Shown here piece after piece: positions 51,391-64,000 of a stretch of DNA of 64,000 nucleotides. Origin of the DNA: Octopus sinensis. Taxonomy: Eukaryota. A model generated the notes under the pieces. The model saw only the letters and a program-made list of their open reading frames with translations, was not told where the DNA came from and did no database searches. The stretch lies in the NCBI RefSeq assembly GCF_006345805.1, contig NC_043001.1, positions 86,738,001 through 86,802,000 of the forward strand, given 5' to 3'. The position numbers and the translations under genes were made by a program. The stretch's first letter is position 1; every line of letters starts with the position of its first letter.

Positions 51391-53782
51391 TATAATCCAA
51401 ATAATAAGACAAAGAAAATTCTTTAATACATCTTTAATGATTTGTTACAAATGCTTCTGGACAAACTCTACTTGCAACGCCAGATTACACAAAAATTTGA
51501 AGTGAAAATTTACTTAGTGTTTGCAGTTTTAGATATTAGAGAGGCACTTCAGCAGACTTGCATCAAAGGTGTGCTGTCACATTGTGTAACAAATCATTAA
51601 AGATATGTAACAGAATTTTCTTTTTCTTCTTCCAATTATTTGGATTATTTACTCTTCGCCAAAATCACTTTATGGTGTGATCAACATGAAACTTGGATTT
51701 TCTACACTTGAAGAATTCCGGCATTAGCCTGGAACCTGGGAGTGTTGATAGCCAAGTATTTGGGTTGAGTGATTCTCCGGAAACACACTTACTTTACACC
51801 CGACCAGGACCTAAAATACAAACACACACACACACATGTATGGATATAAATAGCATTTAATTAAATAAGTATTTGTATGTATGTATGCATATATATATCC
51901 TATATGTGTGCATATATGTATATACATGTGTGTTGTGTGTGTATAATTATATATACATATATGTGTGTGTGTGTATTTCGTTTTGGGATTTGGTTTGCAA
52001 AATTCTTTATGTGAGTTCGTATGTTGAAGCATATTCTGTTGTGTCTGGGGAAAATCATTCTCTTTCATTATCTTTGTTAGAAGTTTCTCTTTATCCAGTA
52101 CCCACTGGACATCAGCTGCGACAAAAATATGAACTGAACATTATTCGGTTATTGTTCAGTTTAGGGATACTTAAAAAGTGAAAAAAAAAAAGTAAATAAA
52201 AGGAAGAGATAACTAGTAAGGGGACATATATAGGGACCGCAATTCATTGTTCCTGAAACTGAAATCGTCAGCCGTGAATCAATCTTGGAATACCACCCGA
52301 TTAGCCAAATTACAAGTTTTTCAGTGGTTGGCACCGCGTCGACTAATTAAGTTGACTTGTTTATGTCCCTTTACCTCCCCATTAATTTTTATTTACTTTC
52401 TTAATATCCCTAAACTGAACAATTACCCATTATTCTTTTCATTTAATTTTTTTGTATTAAAAAAATTATTTATCTCTTTGTAATTATTTTACCACTAATA
52501 TGTAATATATATATATATATACACACACACGCACACAAAAAAGGTATATATACAGATTATATATTTTTTATGTATATATTCACACATATTTTTCTGTTAA
52601 ATTCACATGTGGTTTTCTATTCAAATAAAAGAAATGTATATATCTGGCTGTTTTATCATGTTATATATAACAAAATGGACTCACTTATCATTTAATGGAA
52701 ATGTCGTAAACATTGTAGTATTTTGCTATTTAATATTGTTTTGTTTCAGTGATGAGAGTGTGGATTCATTAGAAAGTTTCGAAGATTTAGGAGAAAATTG
52801 TTTCATTAGTGAATATTTACTCTCCAAATATTCACTATAGGATCTTCACATAGTGTAGTATCTCCACATAGGTATTGAAATCCCTTGTACGATCGTATAC
52901 ATATAATACATACATACATACAAATGGATGGAGAGAGAGAGAGAGAGAGATAGATAGACTGCAGTGAACTTGCCGAGAGAAATGGAATGTCCAACTTGTC
53001 AGACAGATTTTCTTCTAGGAAAAGTTGAAAGAACAGAAATTAATGAGACACACCAGAGTTGTGTCTCATTAACTAAGCATGGCACTTTGTCCAATGCACT
53101 ATAAATGCAGTCATCCATCATCCTTTTAAGGTGAATTATAAAATAGAAAGCTCAGCTTTAAACGGTCCATTGCTAAAATGTGACTTGACCAGAGGTCAAT
53201 TGTAAACAATGGCCTGGATAACTGACTATTTATCCTAAAAGTCATAAGCAAAAATTCTCAGATCTAGGGAAGAGAATATTAAACAAAATTTTGTCTCAGC
53301 CAAGATGAGGAATATAAGTCTCTGGAGGATTAAAAAATAGTTAGACAAGGCTTTTTGTGTAGACATGGATAGGTGCAGGCATAGCTGTGTGATTAAGGGG
53401 TTTGATTTCCAACCATGTGGTTTTAGGTTCAGTCCCACTGTGCAGCACCTTGAGCAAGTGTCTTCAAATATAGGCCCAGTCCAACCCAAGGCTTGTAAGT
53501 GGTTTTGCTAGATGGAAATTGAGCAGAAGCCTGTCATTTATATATGTACATGTGTGTGCATGTCCACCACCACCTCTAGACAACTAACCTTGGTTTGCTT
53601 ATATCCTAATGGTTTAGCAAAAGAAAGCAAGAGAGTAAGTATCAGCCTTAAAGTTAATATTGGAGTAGATTTGTTTTATTAAACTCTTTTAGGCAGTATC
53701 CCAGCATGGTGACGATGCAAAGACTGAAACAAGTTAAAGAAAAAAGACAATGTAAATTAGAGAATGATAGCGTTGTGTTGTA

Positions 53783-54030
53783 TTAGGTTGTTGCATAATT
53801 ATTGCAGCTTTTTTTCAACAAATTTTATTCAACAAAGACAATAACATGTAACAAAAACATTTTTAAATGATAATTCCAGAGCATATTCACCATCTACTTC
53901 AATTACTGCTTCCCATCTGCTTGGCAGACGGTCAGACTGTCATTTAAAGATGGTTTTGTTAAATATTGTTATTGTTTTTGTTGAATAAAATTTGTTGAAA
54001 AAAAGCTGCAATAATTATGCACCAACCCTA
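53783..54030 (-). mobile_element. Mariner internal-deletion derivative with TA target duplications
   Basis: TIRs TTAGGTTG(G/T)TGCATAATTATTGCAGC, resembling mariner TTAGGTTGGTGCAAAAGTAATTGC. The interior reads ..PSRWEAVIEVDGEYAL on the minus strand, like a mariner C-terminus. Confidence 0.85.
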
Positions 54031-54299
54031 TACCTGTGACCTCTCATCTCAGCATAGAAAAATTGACATTAAAACAATATCTATGTAAATTCTTGTTGGT
54101 GTTGTTTTCAGGGGTTTTTTTTGGGGGGGGGGGGGTTAGCTGGTAGATAGATCTAAGAGTGGTACAGAATAGAGGTGAATTAACTAAGGTGAAATAGTTA
54201 CAGCATACTGAGTGGAAAATTAATCTGATGCGCAAAGTCACGGTGGAAATTAGCCTGTTTCAAGACAATCGCATAATTACAAGAATACCAATCTTTTGA

Positions 54300-55245
54300 A
54301 ATATTTACCACCACTTAAATATGGCTGTTCCTTAGCAACTGACGCTACAGCTATTTTTAATCCCAGGAAGACGCTTCCTCCAGCTGGTTATTCGATGCAA
54401 TCTGCACCTGATACACAGTATATTGAACTCCTACTATCTTCTAACCAAGAGACCACCAGAGCATCCAGTTTCGATCTCTTTGCGGTCATCCTTAGTGGTG
54501 GATACTTGCTCTCTAGACATAGCAGCAGTCCACTCCAGCTCGCAATATATAGAAAACCAAGTGACACACAGTAAGTGATCTTGCAATAAGCAATATAACT
54601 AGTTAGAAAATCTCTAAAAAAATGAGAGCAGTAACTATACTGGAAAGTAATGTTAATCGCCACAAGGAACCAACATTACATATAAAAAAAAAATAGCAGC
54701 AATGACGGTTCGTATGGAACAGCCATATTTGAGTGGCGATAAACATTACTTCTCAGTATAGCTACTGCTCTCATCTCTTATTCTATTCTTTTACTTGTTT
54801 CAGTCATTTGACTGCGTCCATGCTGGAGCAATGCCTTTATTCAAACAAATCAACTCCAGAACTTATTCTTTGTAAGCTTAGTTCTTATTCTATCGGTCTC
54901 TTTTGCCGAACTGCTAAGTTACGGGGATGTAAACACACCAGCATCGTTTGTCAAGCGATGGTGGGGCGGACAAACACAGACACACAAATATATACATACA
55001 CATATATATATATATATATATACATACACATACATACACACACACACACGATGGACTTCTTTCAGTTTCCGTCTACCAAATCCACTCACAAGGCTTTGGT
55101 CAGCCCAAGGCTATAGTAGAAGACACTTGCCTAAGGTGCCACACAGTGTGACTGAACCCGGAACCATGTGGTTGAGAAGCAAGCTTTTTACCACACAGCC
55201 ACTCCTACGCCTATTATCCTATTATAGAGATTTTCTAACTAGCTA
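54300..55245. mobile_element. Palindromic element interrupted by a full-length minus-strand SINE (54775-55210)
   Basis: 54597-54663 pairs with 54733-54775 plus 55222-55240; ATATGGCTGTTCC at about 54320 pairs with GGAACAGCCATAT at about 54716. A related fragment lies at about 35030-35115. Confidence 0.65.
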
Positions 55246-55639
55246 ATTTTGCTAGTTACCTCCCTTTCTGGAAAATATAGTCATCCAAAACTTTGATAGA
55301 AACAAAGCATCATCTTGTTTCTTCGTTGTCATCATTTTAATGTCTGTTTCCATATACCTGTATGAGTTAGATGAGTGTTGGAGCAGAATTTTCTATGTCT
55401 GCATGTCCTGCCTGTTGTTAACCTCCATTTATTTTCAAGTGAAGTAATATTCTCCTGGCCTGACTTATTTTCACGTGGATGACTGAAAATGTGACATTGT
55501 ATGAATGAACCTCTTGTTTATAAAGGTTGTGCAATATATCAAGGCATATCAAGAGCCCTGGACAGGCTTTCATCATGGATTACTAGCAAACAATACCAGC
55601 AAATGTGAGGGAAATACACACACACACACACACACAAAT

Positions 55640-56130
55640 ACACTCCATTGATTACTGCTTGGTCTGGGGATCATAATGATGAAGCCAATTTTCATCCATG
55701 GTAACTAAAGGAGCCATAAAGTCAGCCTCTCCCACTGCAAAATTGGTCCAAAATATCCTTTGATGAACTTCTTACCTGCATTCAGACATTTTGACACCTT
55801 TTTTGTGGAAAACTTTCTCATGTCCAGAATGTTGTGGCCAACTCTTTCACAGGAAATCCCCAGAGTCTCGGCTATGGCTTTAGTTGAAATCTGATGGTCC
55901 TCTGTGGTGAGAAAAGTTGTCCATCCTGACGGGGGTTCATCTGTGACCCCAAAATGACTAGTCCAAAACCTTAACACCTAGATTTTCACTATCGAGTAAG
56001 ATGGTCAGATATCCTTCCTGACTTCCTTCATCTCACCATAGATTTCTTCCACTCCTTTGCCTTGCAAAAAGAGGAGCTACGTGACTGCTTGTGCTTCAAT
56101 TTTATCAAAATCCACTGTAGGAGCTGCCAT
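55640..56130 (-). mobile_element. Decayed mariner transposase N-terminus
   Basis: DEPPSGW (cf. D.PRSGRP) and IAETLGISCERVGH..LDMRKFSTKKVSKCL (cf. the WVP motif). Confidence 0.75.
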
Positions 56131-57307
56131 CATGCACTAAATCTTCAAAAAAATATATATATATTGTACACCATGTTTTTTCGCATATCTTCTAGATAGT
56201 TGCCCTACTTTCTCTGTAATAGTAACAGCTCTACCTTTTTGCAACACCCTTAAAACCATGAACTTTTCAGTACCCACTCCTATATAGACATACATATGTA
56301 TAAGCAAGCCATTTCTTTCAGTTTCCATCTAACAAATTCACCTGCAAGGTTTTGGTTTGCTCAAGGCTATAGTAGGAGGGACATGCCCAAGGTGCCATGT
56401 AGTGGTACCTTGGTGCAAGTGTCTTGAACTAAATCACATGGATAGGAAGTGAACTTCTTAATCACACAGTCATGTTTGCACCTATATATAACAAAATAAA
56501 AAGAAAAGATAAAAACAAAAAAGATAAAACTAATATGAAACATTTTATTTTTTGTTCATCAAAATATTTCATTCAAAATCTGGACTGGAAGATTTTGCTG
56601 ATAATTTTAGACTAAATGTAGAGATATATGATCATATATCATTAACAAACAGATCCAATATTGAATCTAAACAGCCAACATCTGAAGACAAATTGAAATA
56701 AGAATGTTGTATCCGATAATAATCCATCTTAGAATATTTGACAACACAAAATAGAGGGCAAAATATTAAGAAGACAGGACTGAGAGGAACAGTTCAGAAT
56801 GGGATAACAAAAGTAAGAAGGAACAAGTGGAAGACATAAGTTTGCCTTTCTGGAGGGAAGAATTTAAATGCTAAAAGTGATAGCTTAGTTTGATATAACT
56901 AAATTTGTACCTACCTAGCAGCATTTGTTCATACATGATAAGCAATACTACAGGCACTGCTGGTATTTCCATCAACAATCACAGCTATACTACAACTAGC
57001 AGTGTGTATATGTTGTGTAAATTTCACATATTTTCATACTATCATTGAAACTTGTGAAATTTAGGAAAAATAATTATACCACAATTATACACCCTGCTTC
57101 ACCATATATACTACATCATTATTATATCTTATACATTGTTTCACTAACCTACTACATTATATTACTAAGTACACCCTACCCTTTTTCACTACCCACATTA
57201 CATTACTGTATTATGGTATTCAGTACACACCATTTCTCTATCCACACTACTGTTATAACATTCAGGGTACACAATTTCACAACCTACATTACTGTATTAT
57301 AAAGTTC

Positions 57308-57750
57308 AGGATGGCTGAATTTATTTAAGGGTCAATATGGGCCATAGCCCAAGGGTCCCCAAGCTTAGGAAGCCTCATGTATTGGAGGCCTCTTAGAGAA
57401 ACCTAAAGCTTGGAGTTAAAAATTATTAAATATAATTAAAGCAATCAAATAAATAATTTGTAATTTTTTTTTTTATTCGTTTAAATTTTTTTTAATCCAG
57501 TAGAGTTCTTTTAAAATTATTGAGCCTCCATTTGATTTATTGGGCCCTTTTAGGTTTAAAAAGCCATTAAATTTAACCGAATCTCTCTGAACCTTTTACA
57601 GGGCCCTTTTAAGTTTTGCAGCCTCTTGAAACTGTTTGAGGCCCCTACATTTAATGGAGCCTTCTTTAATATTTTTAGAATTAGCAAAACTGTAGGGCCC
57701 CACCAAAACCAAATGGCCCAGAGGCCTGGCAAGGACTAAATCCAGCACTG
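57308..57750. mobile_element. Old hAT-like MITE
   Basis: Degenerate ends CAGGATGGCTGAATTTA ... TAAATCCAGCACTG with subterminal GGGCCC motifs; no clean TSD. Confidence 0.4.
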
Positions 57751-58379
57751 AGTTCAGTCTATATGATTTCACAACCTACACTACTACATTTTAATATTCC
57801 ACATACAGTATTTCATAACCCACATCACAGTATTATAAAGTTTGCTGTGCCCAGTTTCAATGCCCTCAATTTATAAAGGTTTAAATAATGATATAACAAT
57901 GCTACATAGCAGAAAATTAATATGAAGTACACTATGAAGCTAGTTAAAACAGATCTCCATATCAGGGTGAATATGAGTCCAGTGGTGAGAATGGCAAGAG
58001 TCAGTAGCAAGGTTTCATCAACCAGTCTGTGGACTGCATACAAGCAATGTCACTTCATTGAAGACTTGGTCTTTGGATTTGCTTACATCACATAACTAGG
58101 AAATAATAATGCCTGTTAATTTCCTTCCAAGTACTTCTTTAACTGTAATTAGGCCTGCTAAATTTTTTTTTGAGAGGGGAGGGGCTAGGTATTCAAATGT
58201 CAGAATACGAAGACACTGCAAATGAGAGAATTTGTTTCCACCACACCCATATAATATTTTTCAAAACAATTTCCACTGCTCACCTTCACAAAATCTTCTT
58301 GCAACTCAAAGATAGTAATAAAGTATTTAAAGGCAGCAAGTTCTTTTGTTTTTGTTTATTTTAAAATGTATTAAAAAGA

Positions 58380-60075
58380 CCAAGGCCAAAAATTTGTGGG
58401 GCAGGAAACAATCAAATAAATCATCCATACCACGACTTGAGTGGTGTTTTATTTTATTGACCAAAGTTGAACTTGATAGGATTTGAAATCAGGACAAACA
58501 CTACAAGACATTTTGTCTGATGCTCTAACGATTCTGCCAAACCAGAAACAAAAGCACAAATTTGCAATGAAAGAGTATATTCAAATGAACTGGCCACAGC
58601 ATATGACTGGTACTCCCAAAATGTACGAAAGGAAAATTCAACCCTGAATGATGGTAATGCCACAAGGCCACTATTTAGAGAAGTTAAATTGAACCCAGTA
58701 TTTAACCCATATATACCCCTAGTTGTGTTTTCCCAACGCAAAACCTGCTCCTACTTGTTTGGATATGAAATTGTCGGGAAGCATCTGACTGAGCACACAA
58801 AATGTTCAGTAGGTAGTCAACATCCATAGCTAACAGTTGTATACTGTCCTTCTCTTCCAGATTGTGAAAGCTTACCATAAACATTTAATCTAAATACAGT
58901 GAAATTTTTTTATGGGCATATATGGGTTAACCAGAGCTGTATTTTTTATCAATTCCAAAAGGATGAAAGGCAAAGACAACTTTGGCAGGATTTGAACTCA
59001 GAACATAAAATATAATTTACAAGGCATTTTGATAAATACTAACTTTTCTGCCAATCCATCACCTTATGAAGGGTGGTGATGATGACAATAATAATAATAA
59101 TAATAATAATAGTTTCAAATTTTGGCACAAGGCCAGTAATTTCAAGGGTGGGTGTAAGTCGATTACATCGTACCCAATGCTCAACTGGTACTTAGAACCC
59201 GAAAGGGTGAAAGGCAAAGTCAACCTCAGTGGAATCTGAAATCAGAACAAAGACAAACGAAATGCCACTAAGCATTTTGCCTGATGCAGTAACAATTCTG
59301 CCACTCATCACCTTACTAGTAACAATAATGGTTTCATATTTTAGCACAAAGCCAGCAATTTCTGGGTAGGGGGAAAGCCAATTACATCAACCCCAATGCT
59401 CAACTGGTATTTATTTTATCAAACCATAAAAATGAAAGGTAAAGTCAACCTACACAGGATTTGAACTCAAAATGTAAAGAGTTAGAACAAATAGCACAAG
59501 GCATTTCATTCTGACTCTACATTCTAAGTAAAACAGTTACTTTTGACTAAGCCGAAGGCCAAATTTTGTAGGGTAGGATACAATCAATTGAAAAGACTTT
59601 GTAGGCATCAGCTGTCCTCATTATAATAATAATAATAATGATAATAATAATAATAATAATAATTTCAAATTTTGGCACAAGGCCAGCAAGTTTGAGGAAA
59701 GTCAATAACATCGACCTCAGTACTTGACTGGTACTTTATTTGGTGGGATATGAACTCAGACAAAGTGTTTGAAGAAATGCTGAATGCTGATAAACATAAT
59801 AATAATAATAATAATAATTCTTTCTAAATTTTATACTAAGCCAGCAATTCTGTGGAGAAGGGCAAGTCAATAATATTAACCCCAAGATGAAGGATGATAG
59901 CCAAAGTTGACCTTGAAATTTGAACTCAGAAAATAAAAGGCCAGAAGAACTACCACTAAGCATTTTGTCTGGTACGCTAAAAATTCTGCCAAATCAAAGC
60001 CTTATGTAGTAGCAGTAGAAGTAGTAGTAGTAGTAATCTATCTAAGCACAAGGTAAATTTGTGGAGGGGAAGGGC
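58380..60075 (-). mobile_element. Cluster of at least 6 minus-strand SINEs separated by (TAA)n-type tracts
   Basis: GAAAGG(C/T)AAAGTCAAC...TTGAACTCAG-type bodies at about 58460, 58950, 59110, 59330, 59660 and 59815. Confidence 0.85.
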
Positions 60076-60283
60076 AATATATAACTAATGATAATAATTA
60101 TAATTATTATCATCATAATAATTACTGACAACACTGAAGGTTACCAGATGACAATATTTAAAAAGAAAGCCAGAAGCCTGGTTTGTTAAGTTTTAATCTC
60201 TCTGAGAGAATCAGTAAATGTTTCCTAGACAGCAGTCAGGTTAAACCTGTCAATATTTCACAGTGTTTTCTGAACATCATTTT

Positions 60284-60474
60284 TCACTTAGGTGATGCAG
60301 TCCTTAATGTAGACTCTGCAGCTACATTGCTCACTGCTGAGGGTTTGCAAAACTGATTCAGCTGGATCAACCAGCAGTGACATTCCTCTCGACAGCAGGC
60401 CAGTAGAGTAAGGCGTCGTCCCTTCTTATCCTTCATGTATAGTTGATGGCGTTTAGATTCACTGAGGTCATCAT
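60284..60474 (-). CDS. Exon of an unidentified minus-strand gene, resembling the C-terminal strands and helix of a PH domain
   Basis: Strong acceptor TTTTTTGTTTTTTCTTTTATAG| (phase 1), then DDLSESKRHQLYMKDKKGRRLTLLACCREECHCWLIQLNQF, fitting the PH pattern l.l.A....e...W...l. It ends either at TGA 60284 or at an internal GCA|GTGAGC donor at 60335. Confidence 0.55.
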
Positions 60475-62044
60475 CTATAAAAGAAAAAACAAAAAAACAC
60501 ATATTAAACATGCAATCATAATACATCATCATCACCATCATCTTAACACCCATTTTTCCATGCTTGTATAGGCAAAATGCAATTAATTCAAGCAGACTTT
60601 TTATTGCTGGATCCTCTTCCAGTCACCAACCCTCACATATTTCCAAGCAGTTTTCTGAGTAGATTGGAGAAAAACAACTCTGCTTGTATTATGCCTATCA
60701 TTTACAGTTATCACATAACGTCAAAACAAGTGGACACAAACACAGTCACACACTTGTGCACTCCTAACCACATGGTTCGGGTATTCAGCCCCACCGTGCA
60801 ACAGCTTAAGCAAATATCTTCCACTATAACCCTGGGCCAGTTAAAGCTTTGTGAATGAACTGGTAGATCGAAACTGAAAGAAGTGTGATGTGATGTGGTG
60901 TGGTGTGGTGTGGTGTGGTGTGGTGTGGTGTGTGTCCTCATAGTTATAGATGATTGTCAGTCATACAGTCATTCATTTCCAAGATTCTGTGAAAATATGT
61001 CTGATAATGAAGAAATATTACCTTGCTTGGAAACAGGTAAAGATTGATGCCAGAAAGGGCATCTGGCCATAGAAAATTTGCTTCAATTAACTCTGTCTGG
61101 TCCATGCAAACATGGAAAAGTGGATGTTAAAACGATGATGATATCTATGCCCACAATGGGCTTCTTTCAGTTTCCATCCACCAAATCCATTCAAAAAGTT
61201 TTGGTTGGTCCAAAGCTACAACTGTAGACACTTGTCCAAGGTACCATGCGGTGGGACTGAACCTTAAAACATGTAGTTGAAAAGCAATCTTCTTAACCAC
61301 ACATCCATGCTTGTGTGTGTTATACTACTGAATCTAAACAGGCCTGCAATGGCCAGATATACAATCCCTCCTCTATCTCCCAGAAATACACACAGTCAAA
61401 CTGTGCAACAAACTGACAGAAACATTTCAACTGCTTACAGTAGTGCACTGTACCTCTGCCTAGGAGTAGTTAGGTGAACAGAACAAGCAAGAGTTGTGTA
61501 TCTTTACTCTGATTACAGCACAGCACTAGCAACAAGATACAAACCAACATCCTTTTTGTTGGTAAAGCATTACCTCATCTACTCAACCAGTATTAACTCT
61601 ATACTGGAGATAGTATGGGTGCATGCACATACACAACTTGGTCTTCATCAAAATGTTCAGATATTTTAATGTGATCACTCAATGTCTTTAATATAACAGC
61701 TAAATCTTCCTGCTGTTTTTTCAGACAGGGTATCAGATGGTTTAAGTCCAGTATGCTCACAATAAAGAGGAGATAGTACTTATGTTCTAGATGTTTAATA
61801 CATTCATATTAAATGTATTATTATTATTATTATTAAGGTGGCGAGCTGGCAAAATTATTAGCACGCTGGACAAAATGCTTAGCAGTATTTCAACAAACAA
61901 ATTCTACTGAGGTCAACTTTGCCTTTCATCCTTTCAGGGTTGATAAATTAAGTACTAGCGAAACGCTGGTCGATGTAATTGACTAGTTTCAGGCCTTGTG
62001 CCTCTAGTATAAGGGATTATTATTATTACCCCTGCCTTAGGGAA

Positions 62045-62385
62045 GGCGGGGGTATTGTTTTCAGTCATGTTTGTTTGTTTGTCCATGGATAAGATATCTC
62101 AAGAACCACTGGATGGATTCGGATGAAACTTTCAGGGATGTTTGGCCTCGTGACTGACACGAACTGATTAGATTTGGGGATCGATCCAGTACCGGACAAA
62201 GATTCTGGATTACTTTTCCAGTTTTTTTTACTTAATTTTTGAGAGTGGTTGGGCTCATTTTTAGTATTTTCGTTTGTGAGAGAAGTCGAGTTTATTTCAG
62301 ATATTCTCATTTTAAAAATCATCTCTGGCTAATCGTTGAGAGGACGTTGGTGTTGCCTTGGCAGAGGTTTGTGCTCTGAGTGTTA
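62045..62385 (+). mobile_element. Helentron-associated non-autonomous element (HINE/DINE-1-like)
   Basis: ATTACCCCTGCCTTAGG...GGTATTGTTTT start, (GTTT)n tract, GGATGGATT..GATGAAACTT block, and 3' CCTTGGCAGAGGTTTGTGCTCTGAGTG. This is the layout of known HINEs. Confidence 0.75.
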
Positions 62386-62399
62386 TTGTTATTAATATT

Positions 62400-62931
62400 A
62401 TTGAGTGAGTGAGAGAGCAGTGCATGCCATCAAAGAGACACTGGGGTAAAATATATGAAGCTCAGTATATCCATCATGACTACTGTCTGATAAGGATACA
62501 TCAGGCAAGTGCATCACAACCATATGTGTGCGACATGGAGATCTCATAACAAGATAAACAGTGCATGACCTTGCAGGTAGGACCTAGTTACAATTTTCTT
62601 CTGGTCAAGTAGCCTGTCCTGCTCAAAAGGTTGTTGAACAAAACACCCATGTTCCCAGAGGATAATTATTCAAATCCCAAAGAATTCCTCTCAACACTAT
62701 AATGCTATAATGCGCCTCAACTACTTCTGCTTGTGATCAGAGATGCACATATCTTCATCTACCAAGGGACATGCTCAACTGGTTATGGTCAAACAGCCTA
62801 CAAGCAAATCTGTGGTATTGAGCAAAATATTTGCTGTAAACTATCTTTTATACAAAACATGTACATGATAACACTTCCAATCAGTTAAGACCAAAAGCCA
62901 TGAGAGCTACTGCCTGGTATTGCATCAGGGC

Positions 62932-62935
<4 letters not shown>
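62400..62935 (-). mobile_element. Second copy of the ~555-bp TAA-embedded element
   Basis: Diverged reverse complement of 6273-6828. Confidence 0.8.
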
Positions 62936-62964
<29 letters not shown>

Positions 62965-64000
62965 CATTGAGAAGGCAGTGTGCTGACAGAATTGTTAGCA
63001 CGCCAGGCAAAATGCTTAATGGTATTTTGTCTGCTGCTATATTATGAGTTCAAATTCCATCGAGGTCAACTTTGCCTTTTATCCTTTTGGGGTCAATGAA
63101 ATAAGTTCCAGTTGAGTACTGGGGGACGATGTAATCGACTATGCCCTTCTCCTAAATTTCAGGCCTTGTGCCTATAATAGAAAGGATCATTATTAGTATT
63201 GTAGTGGTGGTGGTGAGCTGGCAGAATCATCACCACCATCTTTATGTTCTGAGTTCAAATTCTGCCCAAAGTCAACTCTGCTTTTCATCCATTCAAGGTT
63301 GATAAAATAAGTACCAGCTGAGCACTGGAGATTGATTAATCAACTAGCCCCCTTTCCCAAAATTTCACACCTTGTGCCTATAATAGAAAGGATTATCATC
63401 ATTATTCCTAGTTTTATAATAGCAAACTGGTAGAATCATTAACACATCAAAGTGTTATGTGGCACAGCTTCTGAATCTTTATGAACTGAGTTCAAATCTT
63501 ACTGAGATCAGCTTTGCTTTATAATCTTTCAGAGTTGATAAAATAAAGTACCAGTTAAGTACTAGGGTCAATGTAATCAACTAGCCATCCCTCCTCTCAA
63601 AATTCCTGGCCTTATGCCAAAAGTAGAAAGAATTGTAGTTCCTAGCCATGTAATAAAATAGTTTTGGTGTTATAGCCTAGGATGAAAACTTATGCATCTA
63701 ACAACTGAAGGACTGAAATTCTGGTCTAGTTGCATTTCATTCAATTTTGATTATACACAGAAAATCATACATACTGTTACTTCCTTAAGCCAATGATCTA
63801 CTAGCAGGAGAGCTTCAGGGTTGTCAGTCAACCTGTTAAAAACTACAACTCACTCACTCTCAAACCTAACCCGGTATTCTAATAGAAATGGCAAGACACA
63901 GTGGATATAGCAGGGCATAGTGGGTAGGGTAGTCCAAGATGGGTATAAGACATGTTGGCACAGCCTTTTGATATCAAATAAGTCAGCATCAATTCAGTAA

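Larger units (their letters stand above)
61830..63640 (+). mobile_element. Cluster of at least 4 plus-strand SINEs with nested elements
   Basis: Copies at about 61830, 62970, 63210 and 63420, from the same family as 9530-9725. Confidence 0.85.

Noticed and set aside
30515-51800. Hammerhead-ribozyme-like cores (CTGATGA/TTGAAGA near GAAA) at about 30520, 33090, 35590, 37313 and 51710
   Set aside because: None has a complete core with a paired stem II directly followed by GAAA and a compatible stem I/III. At most these are decayed Penelope-type relics; a covariance-model search would settle it.
52750-52840. Strong + strand acceptor followed by DESVDSLESFEDLGENCFISEYLLSKYSL and a 12-bp hairpin
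   Set aside because: The required phase (2) matches neither CHST11-like donor, and no upstream partner exon was found. It has a C-box-like TGATGA but no D box, so it is not a snoRNA.
57825-58043. Hydrophobic 72-aa minus-strand ORF
   Set aside because: Composition follows from AT-rich sequence. There is no family motif or splice context; it is more likely UTR or intergenic.
61575-61790. Possible further minus-strand exon of the PH-like gene
   Set aside because: The open frame and the nearby GAG|GTAATG donor are not in a stop-free register, and there is no convincing polypyrimidine acceptor.

Overview
AT-rich eukaryotic genomic DNA, dense in repeats. The SINE families and microsatellite load suggest a coleoid cephalopod, probably Octopus; this is an inference from pattern recall, not a database match. 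The main feature is one + strand gene for a Golgi type II carbohydrate sulfotransferase (Sulfotransfer_2/HNK-1ST family, closest to CHST11). I reconstruct it as 3 coding exons: 1858-1984, a 20-nt micro-exon at 37833-37852, and 47309-48253. They join in frame to 363 aa across introns of about 35.8 kb and 9.5 kb. A probable minus-strand exon encoding the end of a PH-like fold lies at 60284-60474. The rest is transposon-derived or simple repeat: R4/Dong, RTE, CR1-like and Tx1-like LINE fragments, tRNA-derived SINEs, a modular Helitron family, a Helentron-type element, mariner relics, foldback elements, satellites, and a 100-N gap at 27712-27811. There are no rRNA genes, intact tRNA genes or CRISPR arrays. 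The most unexplained signals are: (1) five GACGTCA-N12-CCAAT modules with invariant spacing at 13450-13781; (2) chimeric Helitrons carrying different internal satellites; (3) a covarying 3' hairpin shared by a CR1-like LINE and the dominant SINE; (4) oppositely oriented SINE clusters bracketing the PH-like exon. I found no evidence for a new multi-gene system. All identities and counts are by eye.
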